This document shows, in pieces, positions 36,816-49,574 of a DNA stretch of 64,000 bases (position 1 is the stretch's first letter; the number at the start of each line of letters is the position of its first letter). Below the pieces are notes generated by a model. The model did no database searches. It worked only from the letters and a program-made list of their open reading frames with translations, and was not told the DNA's origin. A program made the position numbers and the translations under genes. Origin of the DNA: Lama glama (Eukaryota); the NCBI GenBank assembly GCA_028534125.1, contig CM052817.1, positions 37,326,001 through 37,390,000 of the forward strand, read 5' to 3'.

Positions 36816-37524
36816 CATCCTACAGTTTGGGCACAATTTTTAAAGGAATTCTATAAAAATCTAAGTATCTGAATTTTCTATTCCTGGTAATTTAAACAAA
36901 CATAAATCAGATTAAGATTTACAAAGTTAAAGGCAACTGCCAAAAATCTGTTTATTTTCTTGTCAATTTTAAAGTGAGACTGATAGCAAGAAACAAAACA
37001 GCAATTTTTCAAACTAATATTTAAAGGCATGGCTAGAAATTATGATTTCAGTCTCTGTGTATGATTCCAACTTCTACTGAGGCAATGTGAGCATGCCTGT
37101 ACATTACCTGCACATGTGAATAGAAAAGAAAAAATCCTACAAGGAATCTTCAATTACTACAAGTCTGTGGGCCATATTAGCTCTTCAACTATGAAAATCT
37201 TACAAGCAAAAGTGAGGTTCATAGGTATGGTGTTCAGTGTACGTTTCCACAATCAGAACTAGGAATAGACAGTAACATCTATTAAATCCAAGTGGTGGTG
37301 TGTTAATTTCTCCATTCCTACCTTAGCTCCTAGATGTTTTATAAAGTAACTTCTTATTTCAGTCAATATTAACTGGACTCGTTTGGCTTTTAAAATTATT
37401 CTTAGCACATTTCTAAGTATAAAAGTTCTGAAAATCTTATCTATTCCTTTTCAAATTTAAGAGAAAAACAACAATCTCAAGTAAGTAAATCACTTATCAA
37501 ACATACATAAAGAAAAATTCAACT

Positions 37525-37686
37525 GGCCCTCTCCCTCTCTCTCCCTCTTCAGAGTCGGCCCACATTCTGTCTATGGAGTGTGTACCTACTTTTAATCTGA
37601 GCACCCAACCCCCACACCTCGTGGCCTTTCTCTTGCCTTTCAGTGTATCTCTCTGAATAAATCTACCTTTACTCAAAAGAAAAAAA
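37525..37686 (+). mobile_element. Polyadenylated retrocopy of an LTR R-region-like sequence with a 16-bp TSD
   Basis: TSD AAAGAAAAATTCAACT (37509-37524) / AAAGAATAATTCAACT (37687-37702); AATAAA at 37656-37661, 13 nt before an A-rich tail; body resembles ERV1 LTR R regions (tctatggagtgtg...tgtatctctctgaataaatct). Confidence 0.75.
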
Positions 37687-38259
37687 AAAGAATAATTCAA
37701 CTATGTGAAAATATTTAATGTGTAAAGAAAAGCTGAAAAGGAAACAAACAAAACCTCTGGTCAAGCTGTTGAGATTTAAGGAAGATATTTATCTTTCACT
37801 GTAATTACAATTAACTTTAATATAGTGTTACTTTCATTTTACTGAACTACAAAAAGATTTTAAAGAGCCTAAGCCATATATATTATGGTCAAGGAAAAGT
37901 GAATGACCAAGCAAATGAGATATTATCCCCAGCAATAGAGTCTACAAAATGCTCCTGCCAAAAGCTAGTCAGACAGCACTTAGAGAAACATGATCCCACT
38001 TAGAGAATTAATAACACATTCACTCATGACAAAAGCAAATGTACATTTTTCCCTTTTGGAGAAACTGAGGCAAACAGTATTTCTCAAATGTCTCCAAGAT
38101 AAAGGAGTGGCGTCTGGCTGGTGATTCAGCCCCTGGCACTCTAACTTACCCTTTTCCATTCCATGAAAACCTACAGAGAACACAGTAATCCCATTTAAAA
38201 CTCTTAAATACTTCTGAAAAACAGGATGAGGTTTTACAAGTTTGTTAGGAAGTCATCCT

Positions 38260-38950
38260 ATTAAAAGCCACCACTTTTTGACAAAATACTCAAGTTGATC
38301 TTGAAAAATATACATGAGAAAATATCCATGGAAATTCTGAAAGCACAAAGGGTAAAGAAGAGAGGTTGGCTCAGCCACGTATCAAAACACATTATAAAGT
38401 GACAGCGATTCAGTCTGATGATGGCTCTTGAACGGAGAACAGAATGCCTAGTTTTTGAGTGGGAAGGTGGGGATGGGGGGCTGGACCCCCTCTGCCACTC
38501 CTTAAACCAAAATAAAATCCACATGGATGAAAAATGTGAAGATAGATCTTTTATTTTAGACATGTACATCACCAGTACTCCTGATACTTCCTGGGAGTAT
38601 ATGTAAGCAACTAGTACCTTCAAGGGGAGTGACCTAAAACTCACAACTATGAGTATCTCTGCACCAAAGGCATCGTATCACCATTCATAAAGCAAAAACT
38701 TCAGCAGTTACTAGGAGAGATAGAAACTCTTTAATTGTATGAGACTTTTATTCACGTCTTGGTCCAGGGCAGAATAAGTGGACAAAAATAAGAATATAGA
38801 AATAATGCAAAATAGGTCTAAGGTACAAACCCACATTTAACTGTGGACCCTGAAAATAAAGAATATACCTTCTTTTCACATATTCACAATATGGTCATAA
38901 AAGTACCATATATTATGCCACAAAAGGTCTACAATGAAGTACATTTATTT
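38260..38950 (+). mobile_element. Very old LINE-1 ORF2 remnants (approximate bounds)
   Basis: Endonuclease-region remnants (PENKEYTFFS resembles the L1 EN 'EYTFFS' motif) and degenerate aaaacacattataaag / taaaccaaaataaaatcca.atgga segments. Confidence 0.55.
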
Positions 38951-41069
38951 GAAAATAACTGTAAAATAGTGGTACAAAAGAGAAGCGGTGATAACAAACA
39001 CAGGATCCTTGAAGCAACTATGTGATCAAATACAGCTGTGATGCATGCGGAGGGTAAGAACTTTCAGTTCCTACAGTAGTTTGTTGTGATCACATTTTTC
39101 AAGAAGCCACAGAATCCCTTGAGAAAAAGGTAGTTAAAACCATCTGCTACCTCCTTAAATACCCAAGGTAGGAGACTATCTATGTTCTATTTCTATATAC
39201 ACTAAAAGACCACCACCTTCTACTGCATTTTCATGCTTCATTATCTTCAACGAGAAGTTCATTCCTGGGCATTGCTTAAGCCTCTTAACACTTATAGATT
39301 ATTTATTTCTTCAAGATCTGTTTTTGGCAGAGGTGGAGGCCATCTTTCACCCCACTCCCCATAGCAGTCTTCCACGTGTATAGGAAGATGCCATGCAGAC
39401 TACTGACCGTGTTAAATCGCCAGGCTTAAATATCCTCCTCACAGTCTAAATCTTCATTCCCTCATGACTGTCCTCACTGAGCTGGGACTTCTCTAATTCC
39501 ATCACATCCAAACAAAGAAAAATGTCCTCTCAAATTTCTTTTCCACATGGCTAACTTGTTTATATTTATGCACCCATCAAAGCAAACGCTTAGAAAATAT
39601 AGTCTCCACTTTAAAAGTTCAAGTTACACTGTTATGGAACTCATTTTGCCTCCATTAAAATTTTTTTTAAAAAACAGGTCTGAGTTTTGGTAGAATTAAT
39701 CCACAGGAATAATTAAAATTTTATTTTAAGAAACGGACCCACAATGGTTATTTCCTTAAACTGTATTTGCCCTGTTTAAAATGCCGTCCTCCCCCATCAG
39801 TATCACTGATTCCTATGCAAATTCTGAAAGGACAATTCATTCTAACACATTAAGACTTGCTTTTTCTCCATTTCAAGTCAACTTTCTCGAAGGTCCTCAT
39901 GCCCACATGAGATCAAGCTCCCCGCACTCCTTTCTCTGCCACCGCCCCGTTGGGTTTTCGCCGAAGCAATTAACAGAGTTTTCAGCTGCTTTGCTGCCAG
40001 TTTGCTGATTTTGTCTCTGTGCAGGAAGGGGGACCCTGCCTGAAGCAGCTCAGAGCCCTGCATGTGCTGCGGCTGGACCCATCAATGCAGGACGTGGAGA
40101 ACCAATATTAAAAGCACTGTCCATGCCTGTGGATAGACCACAGTCATAAAGCTATTAATACTGATATGTAATCTTTAAGTAGGTAAATTAATACCAGAAG
40201 TGGCAAATTCCGATAACACACCATAATACACCAAAGCCTCCAATGCAGAAAGCATGCTGGGCAAACTTACTCAAGACAGCCAAGCAGTGGACAACGAACC
40301 AGGGCCTCACTGCATTTAAGAAAAAAAAAAAAACAGAATAGCAAGGGGGTGCTGAAAAGATGACCTGCTTTTATTACCATCACACATGCACCAACAGACA
40401 ATTTCAGAGCATTTAATGAAAACTTTGTTTTAAAATAGATCGTTCTTTTCCTGAAGTTTGGAGCACACCACTGACTGAGGACATGTGATCACCACCTTCC
40501 CCTGGCAGGACCCAAGTTTTAACGATAATTTCCAGAAGCTTCACTTAGATAACATAGCTGTGTGTGTGAGGCTGTAGTGAATGAGAACAGTTAATTTTTG
40601 CCTGAATGCTTTTTATTAAAAAGTACATTGCAGTGACAATTTCTAGGGCCATTCTGCAGTTATGAAATAAAAGATTTATATTTAATAATATATTTGTGGT
40701 ATCCGAATTGTGGGCTGGAAGTTTCTTTTGCAACTTGGACAACAGTTAGCATGCATTGATATTTTAAATTTTAACTTGGTTTTCTTTAAACATTCTTTAA
40801 TAAGTTTCTTCATCAAAAAGCCCAACTAATTTAAGAAATACTGTGAAGAATTTTCTATGAGAGGAAAAAAAAAAAGAGTTGCCTTTTTAAGTCATATATA
40901 AATTTAAAACATTTCCTAATGATCAAATGCAAAATGGATCACATCTCAGAACCACTATTTTCACAGCCCAACTATGTTATGGACATAGTACATAACACAA
41001 GAAACCAAGTGAATCAGACTGGTTTGTCATGCTGAATATGATTTTAGAAGATCAGCCTTGGTTAAGCAT

Positions 41070-41625
41070 GTATTTTGGAAAACAGCTTGGTGGTTTCTCA
41101 AAAAGTTAAGCATAAAACTGTCGTAAGACCCAGCAAATTCCACTCCTAGGTACCTAGATAAGAAAAAGAAAAATACATCTACATAAAGACCTGCATGCAA
41201 ATGTTCATAGCATTATTATTCAAATGCTAACTGCCACTCCAAAAAAGCTGGAAACAACCAGTCTGTCCTATCCAGACAATGGAATTAATTACTCAGCAAC
41301 TAAAAGAACAGAGCTACTGACACAGGCTATGCCATAGATGAACCTCAAAAAATTATGTGAGTGAAAAAAGACAAATGTAACAAACTACAAGGTCCTGTGT
41401 ACATAAAGTGCCCACCAAAGGCAACTTTATACCCAGACAGAAAGTAGATTAATGGTAGGATGGGGCATGAGGGATCTTATTGGAGGGATAAAATGTTCTA
41501 AAACTGATGAATGGTGATGGTTGAATCAGTCAGTAAAGTAACTAAAAACCACTAAATTGTACACTTGAAATGGTCAACTTTATGATATGTAAAATAGACC
41601 TCAAAGCTATAGAGGGAAAAAATTA
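41070..41625 (+). mobile_element. Old LINE-1 (L1MB/ME-like) 3' region
   Basis: ttggaaaacagcttggtggtttctc...gacccagcaaattccactcctaggta...aatgttcatagcattatt...gatgaacctcaaaaa...aaatgttctaaaact. Confidence 0.85.
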
Positions 41626-42650
41626 AAAACTTTGGCTGGAAAGAAGCATTCATAAAACAAGAAGTAACACAGGAGATAAAAGATCTGGGTGATGGTGAAT
41701 GGACCTTGACTAAAGCTAATTACTTCTCTTCTCCTTTACAAAAAAAGTCATTTACTGAGCTACTAAAAGACAACCAGGGGTAAGCTTCTACTTCACTCTT
41801 TAAAATAATCAATAATATCAATACCTTAGGGATGTCACCACAGAACTATGGGTGACCTCAGAAACCAAGTCCTGTTCTAGGCTTGTCGTGAGAACTGTCA
41901 TGATTTTTAAGACTAAATTAAACTCACATTAAGTAAATCTAAAGATTTTCACTCTATCCTTAGAAAAGTATGAGTGTTAAAATAAGAAACATATGAAGAA
42001 GTTTCTGTTTTTAAGACTAGGCCCCTATCATGAGGGTTAAAACAAAAAACCCTACACTATGAGGAAAATGACAGAATTTATCTAATTCATTCTTTTACAA
42101 CTTCCAATCTAGGGCTTTTTGTCTTCTGGGCACAATTCCCATTTAAAAACAAAAACTAAGTTTAATTGGTTTACTTTAAATTTTGCTAAAACCAAGTGAC
42201 ACAGACATTAATGTGCTTATTCTTTCCAACATCTTCAGGGAGCAGAACTTCATTCTGAAACAAATGTAACACACTGGGTTTCATTATACCCTTTTACTAT
42301 CCTAATGTTAGTAAATGCTGCTGCCTAATTTTTTCCATGTGGTACAAAGTTTGTATTTACACAGTTTTTTTTTTTTTAATGAAGAGTTAGCACAAGAATG
42401 GTTTAACTCTAAAAGGGAACTAAGGGCGGGGTTGGGGGGGAGTGGGAAATACACAGACTATAAAAGAAAAAAACAGAATTTCTAGAGGCATAAATGCTAG
42501 GTCAAGGTTACTTGGGAAAAAAACATAAAATGAGAGCTTTACCTTGGTTTACTGTCTAGAACGCTGTACCAAAAAATATCTGCCTTTAACAACAATGCAA
42601 AAAAACCTACTTAAAACAGCTTATTCAGTCAGTGAGAGGTTATTTTCTTT

Positions 42651-42685
42651 TACACTTGATCTTAGCCAAAAGGCTGAGAAGCAAT
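42651..42685 (-). pseudogene. 3'-truncated U2 snRNA retropseudogene (U2 nt 1-35)
   Basis: Minus strand ATTGCTTCTCAGCCTTTTGGCTAAGATCAAGTGTA versus U2 ATCGCTTCTCGGCCTTTTGGCTAAGATCAAGTGTA (33/35; both changes are CpG transitions); direct repeat GAGGTTATTTTCTTT at 42636-42650 and 42686-42700. Confidence 0.93.
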
Positions 42686-43829
42686 GAGGTTATTTTCTTT
42701 TAAAGACTAAAATTAAAATCCTAATATCATGGACTCAAATCTTCACCAATGTTTTCACAGCTAAAGTTACCAACTTATTAGACAGGTACTTAGAAATTTC
42801 TACGGTCAAATATTAATTTGTCAATCATGAGATAAAAATATCTAAGTTCTGCAAAGCTGGACAGAAAACAAGTATCATACTTTCGCACAGAACAGTGGGA
42901 ACTGGTTAATTTTAAATCACTTTCCATAAATTCACATGCAGAGTAAATCAGATACACCTGTATTTTTAAAACAGCAAGAATGGGGAGAGGGAGAAAAGCA
43001 ATTTAACAAGTTATCCAGATGCACGTCATCCAGGATGAAAGTCACATGATAGCCTCTGCTCTATGGACCACAAAAACATATGCCCCAAATCAAAATTTAA
43101 TTACACTGCACGACAGTCTGTGAACTGTGCTTCATATTTTATCTACTGCTCTGCTTTTGACAGGACAGTTTCCTGAAGGAAAAGTTCCAAGAATTGAAAA
43201 GTTACAGCACCCACATACCAAAAAGTGTTTCCTGAATTTTGTTACAGGAACTGACATCTGCTATAATTTTAACATTTACTTCCCATAGGAGTCCCATTTA
43301 AAAACTTTGTTGCACAGCATTTGTTCGACGACAGTGTATCTAGTCGATGCTTTTGTTTAAAACAAGAAAAAAACACCCAACTTTCATTTCAGCTCCAAAA
43401 GTCTGGATATAACTGACCAATTCGCAATTAGTTATAACTTTTCCCTGTGAACAAAAACAACTGTCACCTGATAAACCGGGGGGGGGGGTCACGTGCAGAG
43501 CATGAGTTAATAGTTTTGTGAGGAAGCCCAGAGTGGATAGGAAAGGGTAAATTAAATATCCAGCTTCTTGGGGAAGCGCTGCTCGATCACACAGTGGACA
43601 TTACTTCTTGGTACCTTCCTTTTCTTTTTCTTCTTAAAATACAGGTGCATTTGGACATTTCAGCTAATACAGGCAGTAACAGGTGCGTCTACCTTCTCTA
43701 CCGATCTCTTACTTCAGTTGAATGGGGGAAACGCGTGTATACATGAATATATATTAAATCAAAATGGAACTGCATTACACGGTATACGCTACTGCATCTC
43801 TCTCGCACACTCCCCATTTCACACTGTGG

Positions 43830-43985
43830 TCGCTGGGCCTCGGGCCTCAGACCCAGCAGGGCTCCACCCAAGCTCCACCCCGGACCTGCCCAGTAGGAAT
43901 CTCTAGGGGGAGTGGAGAGCAGAATCTGCACGTGAAGCAGTACTCATGGGGTTTCTTGTGTCTAATCAAGTTTGAGAACCTTGAG
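43830..43985. mobile_element. MER5-like hAT relic
   Basis: cccaagctccacccc...ggaatctctagggg...agaatctgca...caagtttgagaacc. Confidence 0.55.
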
Positions 43986-46900
43986 CTTAATATAAACACA
44001 TTGGCCCCTAACATATTCCATTACTTGTATTTGCTTAATTGCCAATCCAGCAGCAAGCAATACTGAAAAGAAAGACAAGATCCTTCCGGGCAAAATAAAG
44101 ACCAAGCCAGCGACTCGAGACCCGCATCCTTAACTCTCCTCAGTCCACCCAAACAAGGAATCGTGTGGTCCGCAGGGCTCCAAGGAGAAAGAACAATCCG
44201 TGGTCCTTTTAGAACGTGGTGGAACTGTGGGTGCCCTTTGGAAACAGTACCTAATACCGAATAAAAGACAATTGAGCTGTCAATAGAAATATAATATATT
44301 TCCCACTTCTGTTTGCTTCAGTTCCTTTTGACAAGATGTCACTACTGGGATTTCCTCTTAATATATTAAGTCTGACACCACATTACTGCTTTGACTTAAG
44401 CCTTAAGAACCTGATAGGAGTCCAATCTAGTTAAATTAACAACGAAGCCAATAAACCAATGCTAGAAAACAACAGACATTCACCAGAGAAAAAAGACTTT
44501 CAGGATATTAAGTCTGCCAGCTTTGTGGCCATCAAGTTAAGCTTTAACTCACTGTGGATAGATAGGAAAAGGGAAAAGTTTGCACAGGGGCAGGATTCTC
44601 AACACTGTTCACTGCCAAGACACAAAAAGTCAGCACTGGGATGGTTATTAAAGTTAATTTTTACTTTTGGGTCTCCAAGGGCATTAACATTAAGTTATAA
44701 ATCTTATCCCCCCCCACCCCAGGTGTAAAGCTAAACTTCATCTGGTACATTTATATTTGAGCAAGACATTATTCTGCATTCTACTTGCTGTATTATTTTA
44801 AGCAAATGAATATTCATACTAAAGTGAATTAAGAATAATCTGAAGCAGAACTTGAAGGACTACAACTTTAGCTTTCCCCATTTTTTTTTCACTTGAGTAA
44901 AAAAGACAGGCAATCATTTAAGAGGTAACTCATGCACCCAACCCTATCAATAAAATGTAACTGAACCGCAACAAAGAGATTATGACACCCAAGCTTGCTA
45001 TGTTTGTACTTCTAAGCCAAGAAACTTTGTCCTGAAGGTGCAGATTGTATTTCCAAGTAGTCCGGAGGGAAAGTCAGGATACACTGGTGTTCACAGTCCT
45101 CCTCACCACGTCTCGCATACAGGATTTTCCCTTTCAGAAGACAGATTTTGGAAATATGTTTATTTTGCTACCTTAGGAAATGAATGAAAGAGAAATTTGC
45201 AAATAGAAAAACCAAATTTGTATATTTAAAAGCAAACCAGTTGACTGTTCTCTCTCAAAACAGTAATGAAGTTACTCAGCTTGATAATTCCTCCATTTTA
45301 CAGCTACTAAGTAATACAAAGATTTGGATGCTCAAAACAAGTGACAGTACCAAGATGAGAGTTTTCTCTTATCCATGATTAAGATAATATTAAGTATATT
45401 ATATTTAAAATTTAAATTACTTAAATGTAGCATTCACTAAATTCCAATTTCAAAGAGTATAGAACCAGCTACTGAATGCCTTTTCATGGTGCAGCATAGA
45501 ATCCTCTAACTCTCCTGAGACCGCTTGTATTAATTTGCCAAAGACCATCCCCACAAACCAGCTGACTCAAAAAAAGACAACTCAACCCTCTTTCCATCTT
45601 TATCATGGAAGATGCTCTACTCCAAGTCAGGAAGCTCAGCTGGGCTCTCAGGATGAACTAGAAGGAAACCACTTAAGAGACCTGTCTGTGTTTCTCTTCT
45701 GTCAAGGACACTATTTACAATGGTGTCATAAGGGAAAAACTGAAAACATTCACTGGGTCGAAACACTGCATGAATTATTTCCCTCTTGAAATCACTTCCT
45801 TGAACTGCACTTTCCAAAACACCAGTGTTCTTCTTTGATATTTGCTCATATTTAATCAGAGCTTCTTTGCTTTCGCAAATTTTCTTCCAAGGTAATCTTT
45901 ATAGAGCTCATAAATCAGAGGTGGGGGCAGAGGGGGGAGCAAACTGGTTCCAGACCAGTTTAAGAGTACTGCTCTTTGCAATGGAAAATGTCCCCCACCA
46001 GAGTCACATCCACCAAAAACCGGCTTCATAATAATCTTGGGAACAATCTGACTTTGCTCTATTATTATTTCTTTGAATTTGACTAAAGTTAATGAAGTTT
46101 AAACAAAAACACTGTGGGAGAGTTGACTAAACCTAATTTCCTCTTACAGTTTGTCTGAAAGCAGTTTGAGATGTGCTCAGCCACCAGAAGCTACTCTCCT
46201 AAAGAGGCAAGTTCAACTCCCCCATTCCCATTCAGGCACCCCTCCCCACAGGGTGGGGGCGGGCCAGGGCTTCCCCAGTAGCACAAGGTGCGTTTTAAAC
46301 CGGTTAATCCCTGTCCATAGTGTAAGATATCTATGTGTTCCTTTCTAGAATCCAGAAATTGCTTCAATGAAGGGGTCAGCAGAGATGGAGTACCAGACAA
46401 AGCCCTCCTTTCTATTTCATCCATCAACACACTCCTCAATATAAAGCAAGCTAATCCTCACAGAAAAGGAAAGATCTACAAACTGATGGGACTCCATGTG
46501 TACCCCTACCCATCATATAGGCTTACTCGTCCACAAAAAAGGGCGTACCAGGTTGTATACACTTCCAAGAAAGTACAGTCTCCAAGTGCTTTAGATCAGG
46601 ATTTAGAAACTAAAGCCATAATCTGTAAGTATTTCACATTAAAGAAAGCAAGTCTGTTACAATTTCCACAAAGACTAGTCAATGTATCTGTTGTGCTTAC
46701 AGATTCCAAAGGAAGCACACACTGATCTGAGTGGAGGGATAGCATATGCCGTTTTAACTGATGTTGCATTTTTAAGTGACTGCCTCTTTCTCCCCATCTC
46801 TGAAAACACAAACCAAATATTCACTGTTTTCAAAATATTTACCCAAAATCTAATTTGTAAAACTTAGGCAACTGACCTTTCATTCAATGTCTTCCATATC

Positions 46901-47934
46901 TAGCAGAAGAAAGCAACCACAAATCAAAACAAAATTATCAATCTTCTACTTTTAGGTTTTACAATGAAGGAGTGAAATATGCAGCCTCAATTTATGAAAG
47001 TTCACAAGCCAAGAAACACTTAAGTAGTCCCTCCCTCATTCAAAGTACTTCTAGCTCATGCAGGAGATACTAAAAATGTGAGACAATTATCTTAAGGAGC
47101 CGACTACAGAGAAGAAATACACATGAAAAATTAGTCATACACCACTCATCAATATCAAATGAAGAATATCACCTTATAACAATACCAAATAATGAGAGAA
47201 TAGTGTCATGATCAGCTCATGTATTCACTCTCAGTGCTACAAAATTCAGTTTCATTTAAGTTCCCCTCTACCTTTTCCACTAAAAAAAAAAAAAAGTAAA
47301 CAATGCACAAGGAAACTCCTGTGGTAGGAACAGACTGACTTATGAATCCAATGAGTCCAACAATTTAAATTAATTGTTCCAAGAGCAGAGAGATGCTACC
47401 TCTCTGCTCTTGAAACAATGCGGGACATGTGGGCAAGATTTTACTAACCTTAATTATATATCATAGGTGATGGTCCCATTTCTCTTAGCACTACTCAGAG
47501 TAACATGGCCCAGCTTTGAGATTTCCCTGAAATCCAAAAATATCTGCAATCTTCTCCATACATTCTTTCTTTGGATCTCAAAGGTTACCTACTCTCCCAC
47601 AAACACAATGTCTGAATGAACATGGAACATAGTCCGGCTGTACCTAAAGAAAATGGGCACTTGTGAGATATACTCCCAGAATGCAGACTTGGAAAATAAC
47701 AGATACCATGGCCTTGTGGCTTTGTTCCTAGTTCAAGGGCACATATGAAGGCCAGGTAAAAGAGTGGAATATGTATGGTCCTTCAATTTCAATTACTGGC
47801 AAATTGAATTACCACACACCTGATAACTCAGATTTTTACATCTTGTAGCCAAGTCCTTTTAGCAGAAATTGCTTTTCGTGCATTTAAATGGAGGCTTTGC
47901 AGCTCCCTCTTAACACCTCATCTCAGCATTAAAG

Positions 47935-48160
47935 AGGCAGCCTGGAAGTAAGGAAATGCTGCAGAGCAGCTCAGGACTCAAGCACTGCTCTACCCATGTG
48001 ACCTCAGGCAAGAACAAGGCTGGCTGGGCCTCAGTTTCCTTGAAAAAAAAAAAAGTGAAAAACAAAAGTACTTACCTATTTAAGTGACTGAGAATAGTCC
48101 AAGAGGTAATTCAATTACAGCCACTGTGCCTGGCACACAGCAGTGTCCAATTTAGCTATT
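47935..48160 (+). mobile_element. MIR relic
   Basis: catgtgacctcaggcaag...gggcctcagtttcct...cactgtgcctggcacacagcagtg. Confidence 0.7.
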
Positions 48161-49525
48161 ACCTCATTTGAGTCTTAATTAGTTTAAGGGCGAAGACATT
48201 GAAATCACTCACACCTGAGTTCAAATCTCAGCTTTATATTACTGAGCTCTGTTGTATAGTCTTTAATTTCTTAGATCGTGGTATTTTAATCTGAGGTTTT
48301 GATGCCATGGACCCCTTTGGCAGTTAAATTTCAGTAAAGCTTAGCAAAAAATAAAGATGCAACTTTTGTTTCTCATCCTAGTTTTCCTACTACCTGGTTC
48401 CAAGAACCTTTTAGAGCAATCAGTAAAACAGAGGCAGGGATAAACCACTGAGTTCAGAGGATTAAATATATACACAGAAGGTGCTATACAGTGAAGTTCT
48501 TTTTCTTCCTAGAAAGTTCTATACTTTAGGAAAAAATTTCAAAGTCTCATCAAGTCCAAGCTTCAACATTAAAGCATTGATTTCTTTGAGTGATCCATCT
48601 AGGTCTTCAGACGTGAAATGTGTTTAGCCTTATAAGATTTCCCCCAAATCACTATGTTACATCAGAGAGCAAAGCTGAGGAGCCGTATTATTTTAAATGT
48701 AACACCAAAGTGCTTTCTAGTAAAATTGAAAGTTAAAGAATGTATAGACAAGTTCTAAGCTTCCCTTAGCACCAACTGCTGTCACGACTAAAATTCAATT
48801 ACACACAACAGTTTGAATCTCATAATAATCACGACAAATGCCTTGTCATCACTCTTAAGCGCTCATTACCATAAAAAATTATAATAAAGCAACAAACCAT
48901 GGAAAGCCAGGGCTCGAGGTTCTTGTAACAGCGTTCCTGACAGCAACTGCAGTTCATTATCCTCTCCCTTCACCAACCCCAGTACGTTCCTGGTCTTTGC
49001 CTACTCAGCAGATTCAGGCAAGCTGTGCCGTTTTATGTGCAATCGTACATTTTGGCAGTAAAATTTCCAGTCACTTACCAGGCAAATTCTCAATCACCTC
49101 CTCCGAGGCGAACTGTTTTACATTAATTAATTTCTAAAATTCTGCTCAAGGCGTTAGGGGGAAAAAAATCAAGAGAACCAAAGGAAAGTGCACAAAGAAA
49201 CTAAAGGACAATTTGGGTAAAGGCAGACAAGTTAAGTCAACTTGATTACTCTGAAAATAATTATTTTTGGAAGACAAGAGAAATTTAACTTTAATCTGAA
49301 CTTGAACTCAACCCCTCTCCTCTCTTCTGCAGAAAACTGTCTCGGATGTTCTCCAAACTGTTTTTTATCTGACATAATGAACCACAGCATCAGGAATGAT
49401 GAGAAAGCAATGACAAAGCTGCTTCCTGCCCGTCTTCTTCGCAGCACCCCAAGCCTTCCCCCGCAACCTTCAATCTCCCCTAGCCACTAACACATTTTAA
49501 AAGTTTCTCTCGGTGCCTGCCTTAC

Positions 49526-49542
49526 CTTGACTGGGCTGCCAT
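49526..49542 (-). CDS. AFF1: Coding part of the AFF1 alternative first exon (ATG GCA GCC CAG TCA AG, MAAQS/S)
   Basis: Minus strand reads ATGATGGCAGCCCAGTCAAG|gtaagg. The second ATG has A at -3 and G at +4. The phase-2 end joins the C TTG TAC of the next exon to give MAAQSSLYN, the known start of the classical AF4 isoform. It lies at the edge of a CpG island. Confidence 0.92.
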
Positions 49543-49574
49543 CATTCAGTTTATAGAGCTCAAGGTCTCCTGTC

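Noticed and set aside
36180..36843. 218-aa and 180-aa ORFs
   Set aside because: Artefacts of translating through the 500-N gap.
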